In this document: one piece after another, positions 29,267-39,220 of the stretch
Layout of the letters: every line of letters starts with the position of its first letter
Numbering within the stretch: the stretch's first letter is position 1
Position numbers and translations under genes: made by a program
The notes under the pieces: generated by a model
The model's database searches: none
Seen by the model: the letters and a program-made list of their open reading frames with translations, nothing else
Told to the model about the DNA's origin: nothing
Source: Verrucomicrobiota bacterium
GTDB taxonomy: Bacteria > Verrucomicrobiota > Verrucomicrobiia > Opitutales > Cerasicoccaceae
DNA length: 64,000 nt
Direction of reading: 5' to 3'
Assembly: GCA_039818205.1 (NCBI GenBank)
Contig: JBCBUK010000001.1
Coordinates: 448,001 to 512,000 of the forward strand

Positions 29267-30727
29267 ATGAACAACGAATACTCCAAGTTATGCACGGGTC
29301 ACGCGAACCCTTTCCAGGTCAGCCGCCGACAGTTCCTCAACAACTTTGGCCTCGGGCTCGGCGGAATCGCCCTTTCACAGCTTCTATCCGCAAGTCCCCT
29401 CTCGGCGGCCCGCACTCCGGCATTTCTGTCATCACCTCACTATGCGCCCAAAGCAAAGCGCATCATCTTTCTGTTTCAAGCAGGAGGGCCATCGCAACTC
29501 GACCTATTTGATCACAAGCCACTACTTAACGAGCAACACGGCGAGCAACTACCCGACAGCGTGCGTCAGGGGCAGCGTCTAACGGGAATGTCCGGCAATC
29601 AGTCTTCTATCCCACTGGCAGGTAGCCCATACGAATTCAAGAAATCTGGTGAATCGGGCCAGGAAATCAGCGAACTCCTCCCCTACACTGCCCGAATTGC
29701 CGATGAACTTTGTATTGTAAAGTCTCTCTATACCGATGCCATCAATCACGGCCCAGCAACGGTGTTCATGCAAACTGGCAGCCAACTCGATGGCCGTCCC
29801 AGCATTGGCTCCTGGATCGACTATGGCCTAGGACGAGACAATGAAAACCTTCCCTCTTTCGTCGTCCTCACAACCAAAAACAAAGGCGGACAACCGTTGA
29901 AAACTGGGTTGTGGGGCAGCGGATTTTTGCCGAGCAAGCACCAAGGTATTCGATTTCGCTCTGGAAAGGACCCTGTGCTGTATTTGAATAACCCGAACGG
30001 CGTCTCCAATAAGTCACGCCGGATGATGTTGGATCGATTGAAAGAGCTCCACGAACATCAATTTGTTGGCACACCAGATGAGGAGATCCAAAGCCGCATT
30101 AGCCAATACGAAATGGCCTTCCGCATGCAGGCATCGGTTCCCGACGCAACCAATATTTCTGACGAACCCGACTTCATATTTGACGAGTATGGTCCGGACT
30201 CCCGTGAACCGGGAACCTATGCAGCCAACTGTATTCTCGCTCGCCGCCTAGCCGAGCGCGGGGTGAAGTTCATCCAGCTCTACCATAAGGGCTGGGACCA
30301 ACATAGCGGCCTACCTGGAGCGCTGCCGGTTCAATGCCGCGAAACCGACCAAGCATCAGCCGCGCTTGTCGTCGACCTGAAACGTCGCGGCCTTCTGGAC
30401 GATACTTTAGTTGTCTGGGGCGGCGAGTTTGGCCGCACGAACTATTGCCAAGGGAAACTAACGCCAAAGAGCTTTGGCCGGGACCACCACCCTCGCTGCT
30501 TCAGCTTCTGGATGGCCGGCGGGGGAGTTAAACCGGGAACCTCCTACGGAGAAACCTGCCCATTCGGCTACAATATCGTCAAAGACCCGATGCACATTCA
30601 CGACCTCCACGCGACCATGCTACATCTCATGGGGATCGACCATGAACAACTCACCTACCGTTTCCAGGGCCGCCGTTTCCGCTTAACCGACGTTCACGGC
30701 CACATTTTCAAGGACCTACTCGCTTAA
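29267..30727 (+). CDS. DUF1501 domain protein, Tat-type signal
   Basis: SRRQFL, AKRIIFLFQAGGPSQLDLFD, ARRLAERGV, GWDQH, WGGEFGRT, GRDHHP, LTDVHG. Confidence 0.93.
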   Translation: MNNEYSKLCTGHANPFQVSRRQFLNNFGLGLGGIALSQLLSASPLSAARTPAFLSSPHYAPKAKRIIFLFQAGGPSQLDLFDHKPLLNEQHGEQLPDSVRQGQRLTGMSGNQSSIPLAGSPYEFKKSGESGQEISELLPYTARIADELCIVKSLYTDAINHGPATVFMQTGSQLDGRPSIGSWIDYGLGRDNENLPSFVVLTTKNKGGQPLKTGLWGSGFLPSKHQGIRFRSGKDPVLYLNNPNGVSNKSRRMMLDRLKELHEHQFVGTPDEEIQSRISQYEMAFRMQASVPDATNISDEPDFIFDEYGPDSREPGTYAANCILARRLAERGVKFIQLYHKGWDQHSGLPGALPVQCRETDQASAALVVDLKRRGLLDDTLVVWGGEFGRTNYCQGKLTPKSFGRDHHPRCFSFWMAGGGVKPGTSYGETCPFGYNIVKDPMHIHDLHATMLHLMGIDHEQLTYRFQGRRFRLTDVHGHIFKDLLA

Positions 30728-30742
30728 CCAAAAACGCCTTCT

Positions 30743-31858
30743 ATGTTAACCAATCGCAGAAACTTCCTTAAAACGTCATCCGGCGCTATCGCGACAACCG
30801 CACTCCTCAGCATGGGATCCAGCCGACTCCTCGGTCACAATGGTGACCACCCGAGTGGGTCGATTATCGGACACGGCGATCGCAAGTACCGCGTCAATAA
30901 TGCATGGGGAAACCTGAACCCGAATCAGTTCCCAATCATCAACTGTCATGCAATGGTCGAGAGTGAATCCGGGCGCCTCTATACGCTTACGGACGTTAAA
31001 GCCAACAACATCATCGTTTACGAGCCCGATGGCACGTTCGTCGAATCCATGGACCTGGAGTATTCCGGCGGCCATGGAATCGATATCGCCAAAGAGGGCG
31101 ACGAAGAGTTCCTCTACATCGCCGACGGCGGATGGGCGAATCGCTATGGTCGCAAGGTTAGCAACGAAACCGGCCGGATCGCAAAGACTGATCTTAAAGG
31201 GCGACTCGTATTCACCATCGGCCACCCGCAAACAATCGGCGTCTACAAGCCCGGGCAATCGTTCAAGCCATGCGATATCGCCGTGGCCCCGAATGGCGAT
31301 ATCTACGTGGCCGACGGCTATGGCTCACAATGCGTCCTGCACTACGATAAACACGGCCAATACATCAACCACTGGGGTGGAAAAGATGATCCAGTTGAAG
31401 CGCGTCGACTGAATGGCTCGCACGGTGTGTCGGTCGACCTCCGCAAGCCCGATTCACCGATTCTATTGGTTGCATCGCGCGAGGCCAATCGTATCAAGCG
31501 ATTTACGATGGACGGTGATTACATCGATGAATTTTATCTGCCGGGTGCCTTTGCTGGTCAGCTTCTAGTCCAAGGCGATCACGCCTACACCGGTGTCTGT
31601 TGGTCAAAGAAAGACAACGAAGGTGGCCGATTACCGAAATCCGGATTTGTCATCGTCCTCGACAAAGACAATCAAGTCGTTTCCTGCCCGGGTGGTGAAG
31701 CTCCAGTTTACAAAGACGGTGTTCTTCAACCGCTCAATCAAGCGCCGAATGCACCATTCAAACACGTCCATGATCTTTGCGTCGACCGAGAGGAGAACAT
31801 CTACGTGTGCCAGTGGAACGCAGGTGGTGCGTATCCCATCAAGCTGGAGCTTGTATAG
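30743..31858 (+). CDS. Tat-exported NHL-repeat 6-bladed beta-propeller (peptidyl-alpha-hydroxyglycine lyase-like)
   Basis: NRRNFLK; CHAM; GGHG; PNGDIYVADGYG; HVHDLCVD; CQWNA. Confidence 0.85.
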   Translation: MLTNRRNFLKTSSGAIATTALLSMGSSRLLGHNGDHPSGSIIGHGDRKYRVNNAWGNLNPNQFPIINCHAMVESESGRLYTLTDVKANNIIVYEPDGTFVESMDLEYSGGHGIDIAKEGDEEFLYIADGGWANRYGRKVSNETGRIAKTDLKGRLVFTIGHPQTIGVYKPGQSFKPCDIAVAPNGDIYVADGYGSQCVLHYDKHGQYINHWGGKDDPVEARRLNGSHGVSVDLRKPDSPILLVASREANRIKRFTMDGDYIDEFYLPGAFAGQLLVQGDHAYTGVCWSKKDNEGGRLPKSGFVIVLDKDNQVVSCPGGEAPVYKDGVLQPLNQAPNAPFKHVHDLCVDREENIYVCQWNAGGAYPIKLELV

Positions 31859-31869
31859 CCAAGCGGTGT

Positions 31870-32838
31870 TTAGAAATGCCAATGTGCGGGTTTCAAGCCC
31901 GTCGCTTGGCTTTGGATCTGATACACTTGGTTGTCGAGCAGGCAGCCGAGTGTGATCATACTCAGATCCGTTCCACTAAACGCCAGGGAAGAAATGTTCT
32001 TCAGCGAAGCCGGGTTGTTATCCAAGTGCGGACGCCCCATCCGATGCTCTAGATACGCATCTTCGGCAGTCTCGAGATGATCAGAATCAAACTCTTCGAG
32101 CATGATCGTTTGGCTGCCGTCTGGCGCGACCTTAATCACCCGATTGCTTATGATGCTGGTCACCCAAAGGTTGCCCTCGGTGTCTCCTGTTAGGCCGTCC
32201 GGATAGGTGCCGGCTCCAAATGCCGCAATAACTTCCGGGGCACTCGCGTTACCGTCAGCGTCTAAATGGTAGCGGACCAACTGGCGTCCGAAGGTAGCGT
32301 TAACATAGAGCTCAGTGCCTTCGGGATTAACCCAACACTCATTCGTATATCCGATATTATCGGCGACGATTCGCGGGCCTTTCTTGTCGACAAGTACAAT
32401 AAAACCATTGCTTACGTTCGAGCGATACGCGTAGGCCCGTGGCTGGACGCAGGTGCTCACCGTGATCCAGATACGCCCAAGGTAATCGAGATAAACGAAA
32501 TTCGTGGGAGGCAATGCGATACCATCGACCTCCAATAGGAAGGGAGAAATTTCATTATCGCGAGTTAGCCGAAAGACGCCGCCCTGCTCCTGTCCAAGAT
32601 GAGCAATCAAGAAACTACCATCTTTGAGCAATGCGAAACCGTTGGTCTGCAAAACTCCCACCTCTTCGCAGCAGCCACCATAAAACTGCTGCGTGCCGTC
32701 AGGTTTGATGACACTGACACCGCCGCGAAAATCGGAAACAAAGATCTCTCCTCGCTCATTGGCCAAGACACACTCGGGGCGAACCAAATCTTGCCCCAGG
32801 CATCGGATTGGTTCATTAAAGCGATTGAGCTGGCTCAT
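31870..32838 (-). CDS. SMP-30/gluconolactonase family protein
   Basis: RPECV, NGFAL, PTNFV, YTNE, YPDGL; ATG 32838 overlaps the upstream stop (ATGA). Confidence 0.85.
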   Translation of the reverse strand: MSQLNRFNEPIRCLGQDLVRPECVLANERGEIFVSDFRGGVSVIKPDGTQQFYGGCCEEVGVLQTNGFALLKDGSFLIAHLGQEQGGVFRLTRDNEISPFLLEVDGIALPPTNFVYLDYLGRIWITVSTCVQPRAYAYRSNVSNGFIVLVDKKGPRIVADNIGYTNECWVNPEGTELYVNATFGRQLVRYHLDADGNASAPEVIAAFGAGTYPDGLTGDTEGNLWVTSIISNRVIKVAPDGSQTIMLEEFDSDHLETAEDAYLEHRMGRPHLDNNPASLKNISSLAFSGTDLSMITLGCLLDNQVYQIQSQATGLKPAHWHF

Positions 32839-33866
32839 AGGGAAACTACGCATCGTTGCTCGTGAGACCTATAGACGGACTCTTCAATCAGGATATTCTT
32901 CAGATAGTCCGTCGCCTGGTTTTCCAATTCGGTGTTTTCGAGGAAATGACTTACCACATGGCGAGTTAACAGATAAACACAGTCGCCACCAAACCCGTTA
33001 TCCTGCCAGGCATAGTCAACCAGCTGTTCGTCATTCTCTCCAAACTGGCGGAGCCAAATCCGTGCTTCTCCATCGAGACGAATAGTGCCTTGCGTTCCCT
33101 CAAGCCACATCTCACCCATCGTTCGGCGACGATTCGAGGCGGCATGATCCAGGCATCGGTTTCCATCAAACACTCCCTGTGCACCGCTCTCGAACTCAAA
33201 CACGATAAGCCCGCTGTCTTCACCCGCGATCGCCGGATTGCACTTTCGAAGACGCGCACTCACGGAGTTCATTTCACCGAGCAGATAGCGAAAGACATCG
33301 ATCATGTGGATGGCTGTTTCGTGCACGAGAAAACGCGGCATCGTCTGAAAATATGGCTGTCGATCCAAGTATGCCTGGTCCCCTTGTCCATCACCGGGGC
33401 GCAAGCGATAAGAAATATTCAACACCTCACCAATAGCACCTTTCGAATGCATCTCGGCAATTTTTCGATACCATGGCATGAAGCGAAAATTCTCATGAAC
33501 GACAATTTTCTGCCCGGCCTCGTGCGCCACATCGACCAGCCGTTGGGCCTGCTCACGATTCTCCGTAAATGGCTTCTGGCAGATAACGTCCTTACCCATC
33601 TCAAGAGCCTGCGTAACCAGCGCGACGTGGGTGGTCGGTGGCGTGATCACATCCACCAAATCAAACGCCAGCTCACTCAACTGACTCAAATCCGTCGCCC
33701 AATGATCAATATCCAGGGAGGATGCTAACTGCTTGGCCTTTTCGAGGTCTTGGTCGACAACGCAAACGAGCTGAACCGCAAACTCCTGCTCTAATCGCTT
33801 CCACGCTGCGTAATGAAACTGCGCGAAATAACCTGCCCCCACACATACGACTCTCAATTGGTTCAT
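32835..33866 (-). CDS. Gfo/Idh/MocA oxidoreductase (resembles D-apiose dehydrogenase subgroup)
   Basis: GAGYFA Rossmann start, CQKPF, VHENFRF, QPYF, ETAIH. Confidence 0.85.
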   Translation of the reverse strand: MNQLRVVCVGAGYFAQFHYAAWKRLEQEFAVQLVCVVDQDLEKAKQLASSLDIDHWATDLSQLSELAFDLVDVITPPTTHVALVTQALEMGKDVICQKPFTENREQAQRLVDVAHEAGQKIVVHENFRFMPWYRKIAEMHSKGAIGEVLNISYRLRPGDGQGDQAYLDRQPYFQTMPRFLVHETAIHMIDVFRYLLGEMNSVSARLRKCNPAIAGEDSGLIVFEFESGAQGVFDGNRCLDHAASNRRRTMGEMWLEGTQGTIRLDGEARIWLRQFGENDEQLVDYAWQDNGFGGDCVYLLTRHVVSHFLENTELENQATDYLKNILIEESVYRSHEQRCVVSL

Positions 33867-35410
33867 GATGCTTCTCCCCCGCTCGATCCATTACCCATAA
33901 GCCGATTCTTGAGCGATCCAAGCACCTTCTTCGCCCACGGCGTCTGCTGTAGAACCAATATGATAATGGCGATGAAGAAAAGGACCGCAACCGGGCGCTC
34001 AAACATTGGCCAAGGATTGCCTTCTGTTGTGAGCAAGGCACGGCGCAGATTCTCGTCCGCCATTGGGCCAAGGATCAACCCAATCACCAAAGGCGATATT
34101 GGGTAATTCATCGAGATCATCGCGTAGGCCAAAATGCCAATTGGTAGCATCAACATCAGGTTGAAAACGCTAAGTCCTAAAGCGTATGACCCCAAAACGC
34201 AGAGCAATGCAATCACCGGCATGAAGAGTGCAGCTGGGATCTGAAGGAGTTTTACCACTTGTTTCGCCAGAAACAGACCATTGCCAAACATTGCCAAGGA
34301 CGCCAGGACCATAACTGCCGTGACTTCCATCAGAAACTCCGGCTTTTCCACCGCAAGGGTTGGCCCGGGGTTCACGCCGTGGAGCATCAGCGCGCCCAAG
34401 AGCATTGCCGCGGGAGCGCTTCCGGGAATACCAAGCGTTAGCAACGGGATCAAAGCACCGCCAATACAGGCATTGTTAGCCGTCTCGGCCGCAATCAAGC
34501 CTGACTCATTGCCCTCGCCAAATGGCGGTTCCTCGCCCTTCTTTTCATCTTTTGCTTTCGAGGCACCATAGGAAACCCAGCCCGCGATGTCCTCGCCAAT
34601 ACCAGGTACTGATCCGATACCCACACCAATCATTGCGGACCGCAGGATCGTTTTCGCCCGACGAAAGATCGCTTTCACCTCTGGAATAATCCGACCAAAC
34701 TGTCGGGCTTTTGCCAGAGCCTGCTTCTCGGAAAGCACTTTGATAATTTGCGGAATGCCAAACGCACCAATCAGCACCGGAACGATGTCCAAGCCACTAT
34801 CGAGTTCAGGATAGCTGAACGTAAACCGTGGAAAAAACTGCAACGGGTCGCGGCCAACCATTGCCAAAAACAAGCCAATGAATCCCGCGATCCACCCTTT
34901 GATTGCGTTCCCTTGGCTCGTAAGTGTGCCGCTAATCAGGATACCAAAAATGGCCAGTAGAAAGAACTCAAACGATGTAAACTGAAGCGCAATCGACGCG
35001 ATCAAGGGGGCCAGCAAGACCAAGATCAGCAGGCCAAAAATCGTTCCAATCATCGAGGCCGTTGTCGTCAGCCCCAACGCCTTTCCGCCTTCACCACGAC
35101 AAGCCATCGGGTAGCCTTCGACCGCTGACGCAGCTGCCGCGGCCGTGCCCGGAATATTGATCAAGATACTTGGGTATGAGCCACCGTAAATGGCTCCAAC
35201 GTAGAGGCCCAGCAACGCTAACAAGGCCGAACTCACGTCGAGCCCATAGGTAAGGGTCGTCAAAAGAGCGACTCCAAGGGTAGCCGTCAACCCGGGCAAT
35301 GCCCCAAAGAGAATCCCAAGAAAGCTCGCCCCGATCACAATCAGGATATTTACCGGGTTGCTAACGATCTCCCACAGGATCTGAAAGAACAAGCTGAACT
35401 GTTCAATCAT
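33863..35410 (-). CDS. tctA: Tripartite tricarboxylate transporter permease
   Basis: GALPGL, YGGS..SILINIPG, AETANNA, IPLLTLGIPG, GLILGPMADENLRRAL. Confidence 0.95.
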   Translation of the reverse strand: MIEQFSLFFQILWEIVSNPVNILIVIGASFLGILFGALPGLTATLGVALLTTLTYGLDVSSALLALLGLYVGAIYGGSYPSILINIPGTAAAAASAVEGYPMACRGEGGKALGLTTTASMIGTIFGLLILVLLAPLIASIALQFTSFEFFLLAIFGILISGTLTSQGNAIKGWIAGFIGLFLAMVGRDPLQFFPRFTFSYPELDSGLDIVPVLIGAFGIPQIIKVLSEKQALAKARQFGRIIPEVKAIFRRAKTILRSAMIGVGIGSVPGIGEDIAGWVSYGASKAKDEKKGEEPPFGEGNESGLIAAETANNACIGGALIPLLTLGIPGSAPAAMLLGALMLHGVNPGPTLAVEKPEFLMEVTAVMVLASLAMFGNGLFLAKQVVKLLQIPAALFMPVIALLCVLGSYALGLSVFNLMLMLPIGILAYAMISMNYPISPLVIGLILGPMADENLRRALLTTEGNPWPMFERPVAVLFFIAIIILVLQQTPWAKKVLGSLKNRLMGNGSSGGEAS

Positions 35411-35434
35411 TGATTCCCCTCCGCTGCTGCTGGA

Positions 35435-36190
35435 TTAACCATGGCGTATTCCAAAATAGATCCAATCGATGATGAGTAGTATGCTCCCTTCCGCCGGCAT
35501 GGGAACCAACAGGAGAAACTTAAAAATTAGCACGACAATGAACGGTATTAACACCGTCGCCCACAGCAATTGCCTGCGCTGCCGCTGCAGCCCCTGGCCT
35601 TGCAAATAGATCCAGACCTGAGCCCATCCAAAAGCAAGAATTGGTAAAACCAATGTGTCTGCGGCGAGCACGCGACGCGATTCCTCATCGAAAGCACCCA
35701 CAACGTTGATCGCTAACGCCCATAGCGACGCCCCACCGATCAGCCAAAACATTAGTTTACCGACGGCTCCCGCCTCGGGTACAAAAAACCTAAATGATAG
35801 ACAGATGAGGAACAGCCAACTCGCGACCAGAAAGTCGACATTTGGAATCAAGCAAAGAACATAAGCCGCCAGCAACGCGATGATCTGGACCACCGACCAC
35901 TGCGTTTCTGTGAAGCGTTTCACGGTCCAAAAATCTACCTTACCGATTGCCGACCATCCAAGAGCAGCGCCCGCCTTCCCCATCAAGAATAGGCTAAGGA
36001 TCAACAAGACCAATCCAATGAACAAGGGCATCAGGGCCGGAGATACATACCAGGCGTTATCCACGCCACCGTATGCACCCGTCAACGGATACTGGGCGCC
36101 CTGGATGAGTACGTATACCGAAAACAGGCTGAGGATCAGCCCTGAGATAAAGTCTTTTCGTGGAGATTGTTGGTCGGATGATTCAGCCAT
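35435..36190 (-). CDS. tctB: Tripartite tricarboxylate transporter small membrane subunit (long variant)
   Basis: Multi-TM protein between tctA and tctC; SPALMP; C-terminal FKFLLLVPMP. Confidence 0.7.
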   Translation of the reverse strand: MAESSDQQSPRKDFISGLILSLFSVYVLIQGAQYPLTGAYGGVDNAWYVSPALMPLFIGLVLLILSLFLMGKAGAALGWSAIGKVDFWTVKRFTETQWSVVQIIALLAAYVLCLIPNVDFLVASWLFLICLSFRFFVPEAGAVGKLMFWLIGGASLWALAINVVGAFDEESRRVLAADTLVLPILAFGWAQVWIYLQGQGLQRQRRQLLWATVLIPFIVVLIFKFLLLVPMPAEGSILLIIDWIYFGIRHG

Positions 36191-36202
36191 GGCGGCGGCC
36201 TA

Positions 36203-37261
36203 TTAATTCGGCGGATTAATACCGAGGGTATCGGGGTGGCGACGGGTGACTCCCAATTCATGAAGGGTCCAGGCAAACAGCGACTCTAGCTTAGCGAAGC
36301 CCTCTTTCGCTTCCTCACCGGACGCTCCAGATAAAACAAAGTAATTATCCTTAGCCCATCGCTGTAGCCGCTCACTTTGCAGCGCGTCTTTAAATGCACG
36401 GTCAAGCGCGTCTTTGACTGCAGGATCAGCGTCGTCCCTAATTGCGAAACCAATCACTTGAGTTATTGGCAGGTATTGCTTCAAGCTCGGATAAGCTTTG
36501 AGCGCTGACGGCACATCGCCAATGTCCGGGTCGCTAAAATCATCGTCGCCCAACATTGCCAATGGCCGCAATTGGCCACCTTTAATTAGCTGCTGCTGCT
36601 CGGCCAGAGAGGTGATGACGAGGTCCACCTCCTTGGTAACAGCGGCTGTCTGCGCCGGCGCCGATCCCGGATAAGGAACAAAACGCATGTCGATACCCGT
36701 GCCTTTGAGAAATGCCAGTAGATTCAAATGGTGCAACGAACCTGAGCCGCCGGCTGCCGCCTTGATTGTGCCAGGGTTCTCCTTTGCGTAAGCAACGAGT
36801 TCTTCGAGACTGTTAATTTCAGAATCCGCACCTACGGATATGAGGTCCGTCGAACCACCAATGACAAAGGGGTGCCAGACGTCCATCTTTTGGTCCCAAC
36901 CGCCCATAACTGCAGCGGTCACACACGACTCGCTAATGCCGACCAACGTGTAACCGTCGCTCGCGCGCTGTTTAACATAATTCATCCCCAAGGAACCCGC
37001 GATACCACCAGGCTTATTTGCGACATTTACGTCGATCCCCAGAGCTTCGCCCAACTCTACAGCGACCATTCGATTAGCAACGTCGGTCCCGCCACCCGCT
37101 GACCAGACGACAACGTTAGTAATTGGACGACGTGGATAATTATTCGAACTCTCAGGCAAAGAATATGCACCGACCAATACCGCTACCACCAAGATCGCAA
37201 ACACCGCGTAGACGGGAGCTTTGCGAACCTTTGATTGGGGTTTAACTGGCGGTTGATCCAT
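36203..37261 (-). CDS. tctC: Tripartite tricarboxylate transporter substrate-binding protein
   Basis: YPRRPI..WSAGGGTD, NKPG, DGYTL, GSGSLHHL, VPYPGSAP, LRPLA. Confidence 0.92.
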   Translation of the reverse strand: MDQPPVKPQSKVRKAPVYAVFAILVVAVLVGAYSLPESSNNYPRRPITNVVVWSAGGGTDVANRMVAVELGEALGIDVNVANKPGGIAGSLGMNYVKQRASDGYTLVGISESCVTAAVMGGWDQKMDVWHPFVIGGSTDLISVGADSEINSLEELVAYAKENPGTIKAAAGGSGSLHHLNLLAFLKGTGIDMRFVPYPGSAPAQTAAVTKEVDLVITSLAEQQQLIKGGQLRPLAMLGDDDFSDPDIGDVPSALKAYPSLKQYLPITQVIGFAIRDDADPAVKDALDRAFKDALQSERLQRWAKDNYFVLSGASGEEAKEGFAKLESLFAWTLHELGVTRRHPDTLGINPPN

Positions 37262-37265
37262 CTAA

Positions 37266-38393
37266 CTATTGGGTTTCAAGCGATCGGAAAATTTTATCGG
37301 AAATTTGCTCAAGGCCATCCTTGCCGCCAAACTCAATCGGCAACAATTGGTTCGACTGATAAGCAGCCAACACTGCCTGGTTAATCTGCTTCGCTGCATT
37401 AACCATACCTGCGTGTTCATGCTTCTCACCCAACCAGTCGAGCATCATCGCCGCCGACAAAAACATAGCCGTCGGATTCGCTTTGCCCTGCCCCATAATA
37501 TCTGGCGCGCTGCCGTGACAGGGCTGAAAAACTGCTAGTGAATGACCGATATCAGCAGAGGGTGCCATGCCCATCCCGCCCATGAGTCCGGCTCCGAGGT
37601 CGGAAAGAATATCGCCGAACATATTCTCAGTCACCATGACATCAAAGATCCATGGCTGGCGGACCAGCTGCAATGCTGCGGCATCCACATAAATGTGACT
37701 CGCCTTAATATCTGGGTATTCGCGGGCGACTTCGTCGAACACCTGACGGAAGAAATAAAATGACCCCAAGACGTTCGCCTTGTCTACACAGGTTACTTCG
37801 CCCGGGTACCCGAGCAGTTTGCGCCGACGAGCCGTTTGGAACGCAAAATGAAACAAACGCTCCGATCCCTTGCGGGTAATAACCTGGGTATCTTTAGCAA
37901 CCTCGGCTCCGGATTCGCCTTCCATCACGAATCGATTCCGTGATGCAAACAAGCCTTCGGTTGATTCACGGATCAGTACGAAATCAAGTTTCCGTCCGCG
38001 CTCATCCGCCAACGGTAACGGAAGATTTGGAACCGTCTTTACCGGACGGACACCAGCGAATAAGTCGAGCTCCTCGCGAAGTTCGAGCTGTGGTGCAATC
38101 TCTCGCCCGTCCGGATATCGAATCGACGGCATTCCCATGCAGGCCAAGAGAACGGCATCGGCCGCATGAGCTGCTTGGAGCGACGTCTCGGGCAGTGCAA
38201 CGCCCGTCTTCTGATAATGGGCAGCACCGGCTTCCAGAACTGAAAACTCGCACTGAGTGTTGTTCATCTGGCAGGCTTGCTCGATGAGCTTGAGGGCGAC
38301 CGGCGTCACCTCTTCACCTATCCCATCGCCGGGAAACACAGCGATACTAAAGACCTTAGACATGGATGAGCTTCCTTCGGAAAAGGATTTCAT
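37266..38393 (-). CDS. Isocitrate/isopropylmalate/tartrate dehydrogenase family protein (atypical active site)
   Basis: [47 protein letters not shown]. Confidence 0.9.
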   Translation of the reverse strand: MKSFSEGSSSMSKVFSIAVFPGDGIGEEVTPVALKLIEQACQMNNTQCEFSVLEAGAAHYQKTGVALPETSLQAAHAADAVLLACMGMPSIRYPDGREIAPQLELREELDLFAGVRPVKTVPNLPLPLADERGRKLDFVLIRESTEGLFASRNRFVMEGESGAEVAKDTQVITRKGSERLFHFAFQTARRRKLLGYPGEVTCVDKANVLGSFYFFRQVFDEVAREYPDIKASHIYVDAAALQLVRQPWIFDVMVTENMFGDILSDLGAGLMGGMGMAPSADIGHSLAVFQPCHGSAPDIMGQGKANPTAMFLSAAMMLDWLGEKHEHAGMVNAAKQINQAVLAAYQSNQLLPIEFGGKDGLEQISDKIFRSLETQ

Positions 38394-39073
38394 AACTGAT
38401 TAAATCGATGTTTTTCCAGCAGCGACAGCATCGCTTCTTTACCTTTAACTCGATGAATGCGATGGATCTCAGCTGCTTTCTCAGCGTTTCCCAAACAAAT
38501 CGCATCAACAACAGCGACGTGATCGCGAGTCGAATCGGTAGGCTTGGGTCGGATGTATAAAGTGCAATAACGTGCGCGATGGGCTTGGCCCCAAAACTGC
38601 AAAACCAGGTCGAGTAATCGCTGGTTGCCTGTCAACTCGACCAACGCCAAATGAAAAGATTCATCCGAGGCGGCCCACGCTTCACGATCATCCTCCTTCA
38701 TCGCTTGCTCCATGGCCATCGTCGGCCGCGTTAGGCGTTCGATCTGGGCTGCGCTTAAATCTCGGGCAGCCAATATGCGGGCTGCTTCAGATTCCAAGGC
38801 CGTTAGCACCTGATAGATTTCCGCCATATCATTGATCGATATCGGTTTGATGCGGATGCCATGCCGAGGCTTGATGTCGACCAATCCTTCGCGCTCCAAA
38901 CGAACGCACGCTTCGCGCACCGGAGTTCGGCTGACCCCCAGTCGCTCGCCAAGCTCCTTCTCAAGGATCTGCTCTCCCGCGCTCAATACATTGTTCAAGA
39001 TGTCCTCCCGCAGCGACTGATAGGTCATCTCAGCTAACGGAACTCCCGATGTTTTCTTTATGGAAGCACTCAT
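38390..39073 (-). CDS. GntR (FCD) family transcriptional regulator
   Basis: LGVSRTPVREA..LEREGLV HTH; FCD FH..LV..TGN..H..H. Confidence 0.93.
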   Translation of the reverse strand: MSASIKKTSGVPLAEMTYQSLREDILNNVLSAGEQILEKELGERLGVSRTPVREACVRLEREGLVDIKPRHGIRIKPISINDMAEIYQVLTALESEAARILAARDLSAAQIERLTRPTMAMEQAMKEDDREAWAASDESFHLALVELTGNQRLLDLVLQFWGQAHRARYCTLYIRPKPTDSTRDHVAVVDAICLGNAEKAAEIHRIHRVKGKEAMLSLLEKHRFNQL

Positions 39074-39146
39074 TTAAATGGGGGTAATGGCGAGCGAGGT
39101 CGAATATTGCAAAAATTTTAAACTAACTTATTTCCTTGAAGGCAGA

Positions 39147-39166
39147 ATACATTAGTGCATACATTA
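39147..39166. promoter_or_regulatory. Candidate GntR operator
   Basis: ATACATTA direct repeat (39147, 39159) overlapping TGCATACA (39156-39163) in the AT-rich divergent intergenic region. Confidence 0.4.
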
Positions 39167-39220
39167 ATTTATTCGCCATGTTGGCCAGATAAATCTCGGA
39201 TTTCAACCCTTTTTCGCAAA

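Noticed and set aside
33090..33728. 212-aa plus-strand ORF
   Set aside because: Antisense to a well-supported oxidoreductase.
37266..38393. Calling this gene leuB
   Set aside because: No leu context and active-site substitutions.
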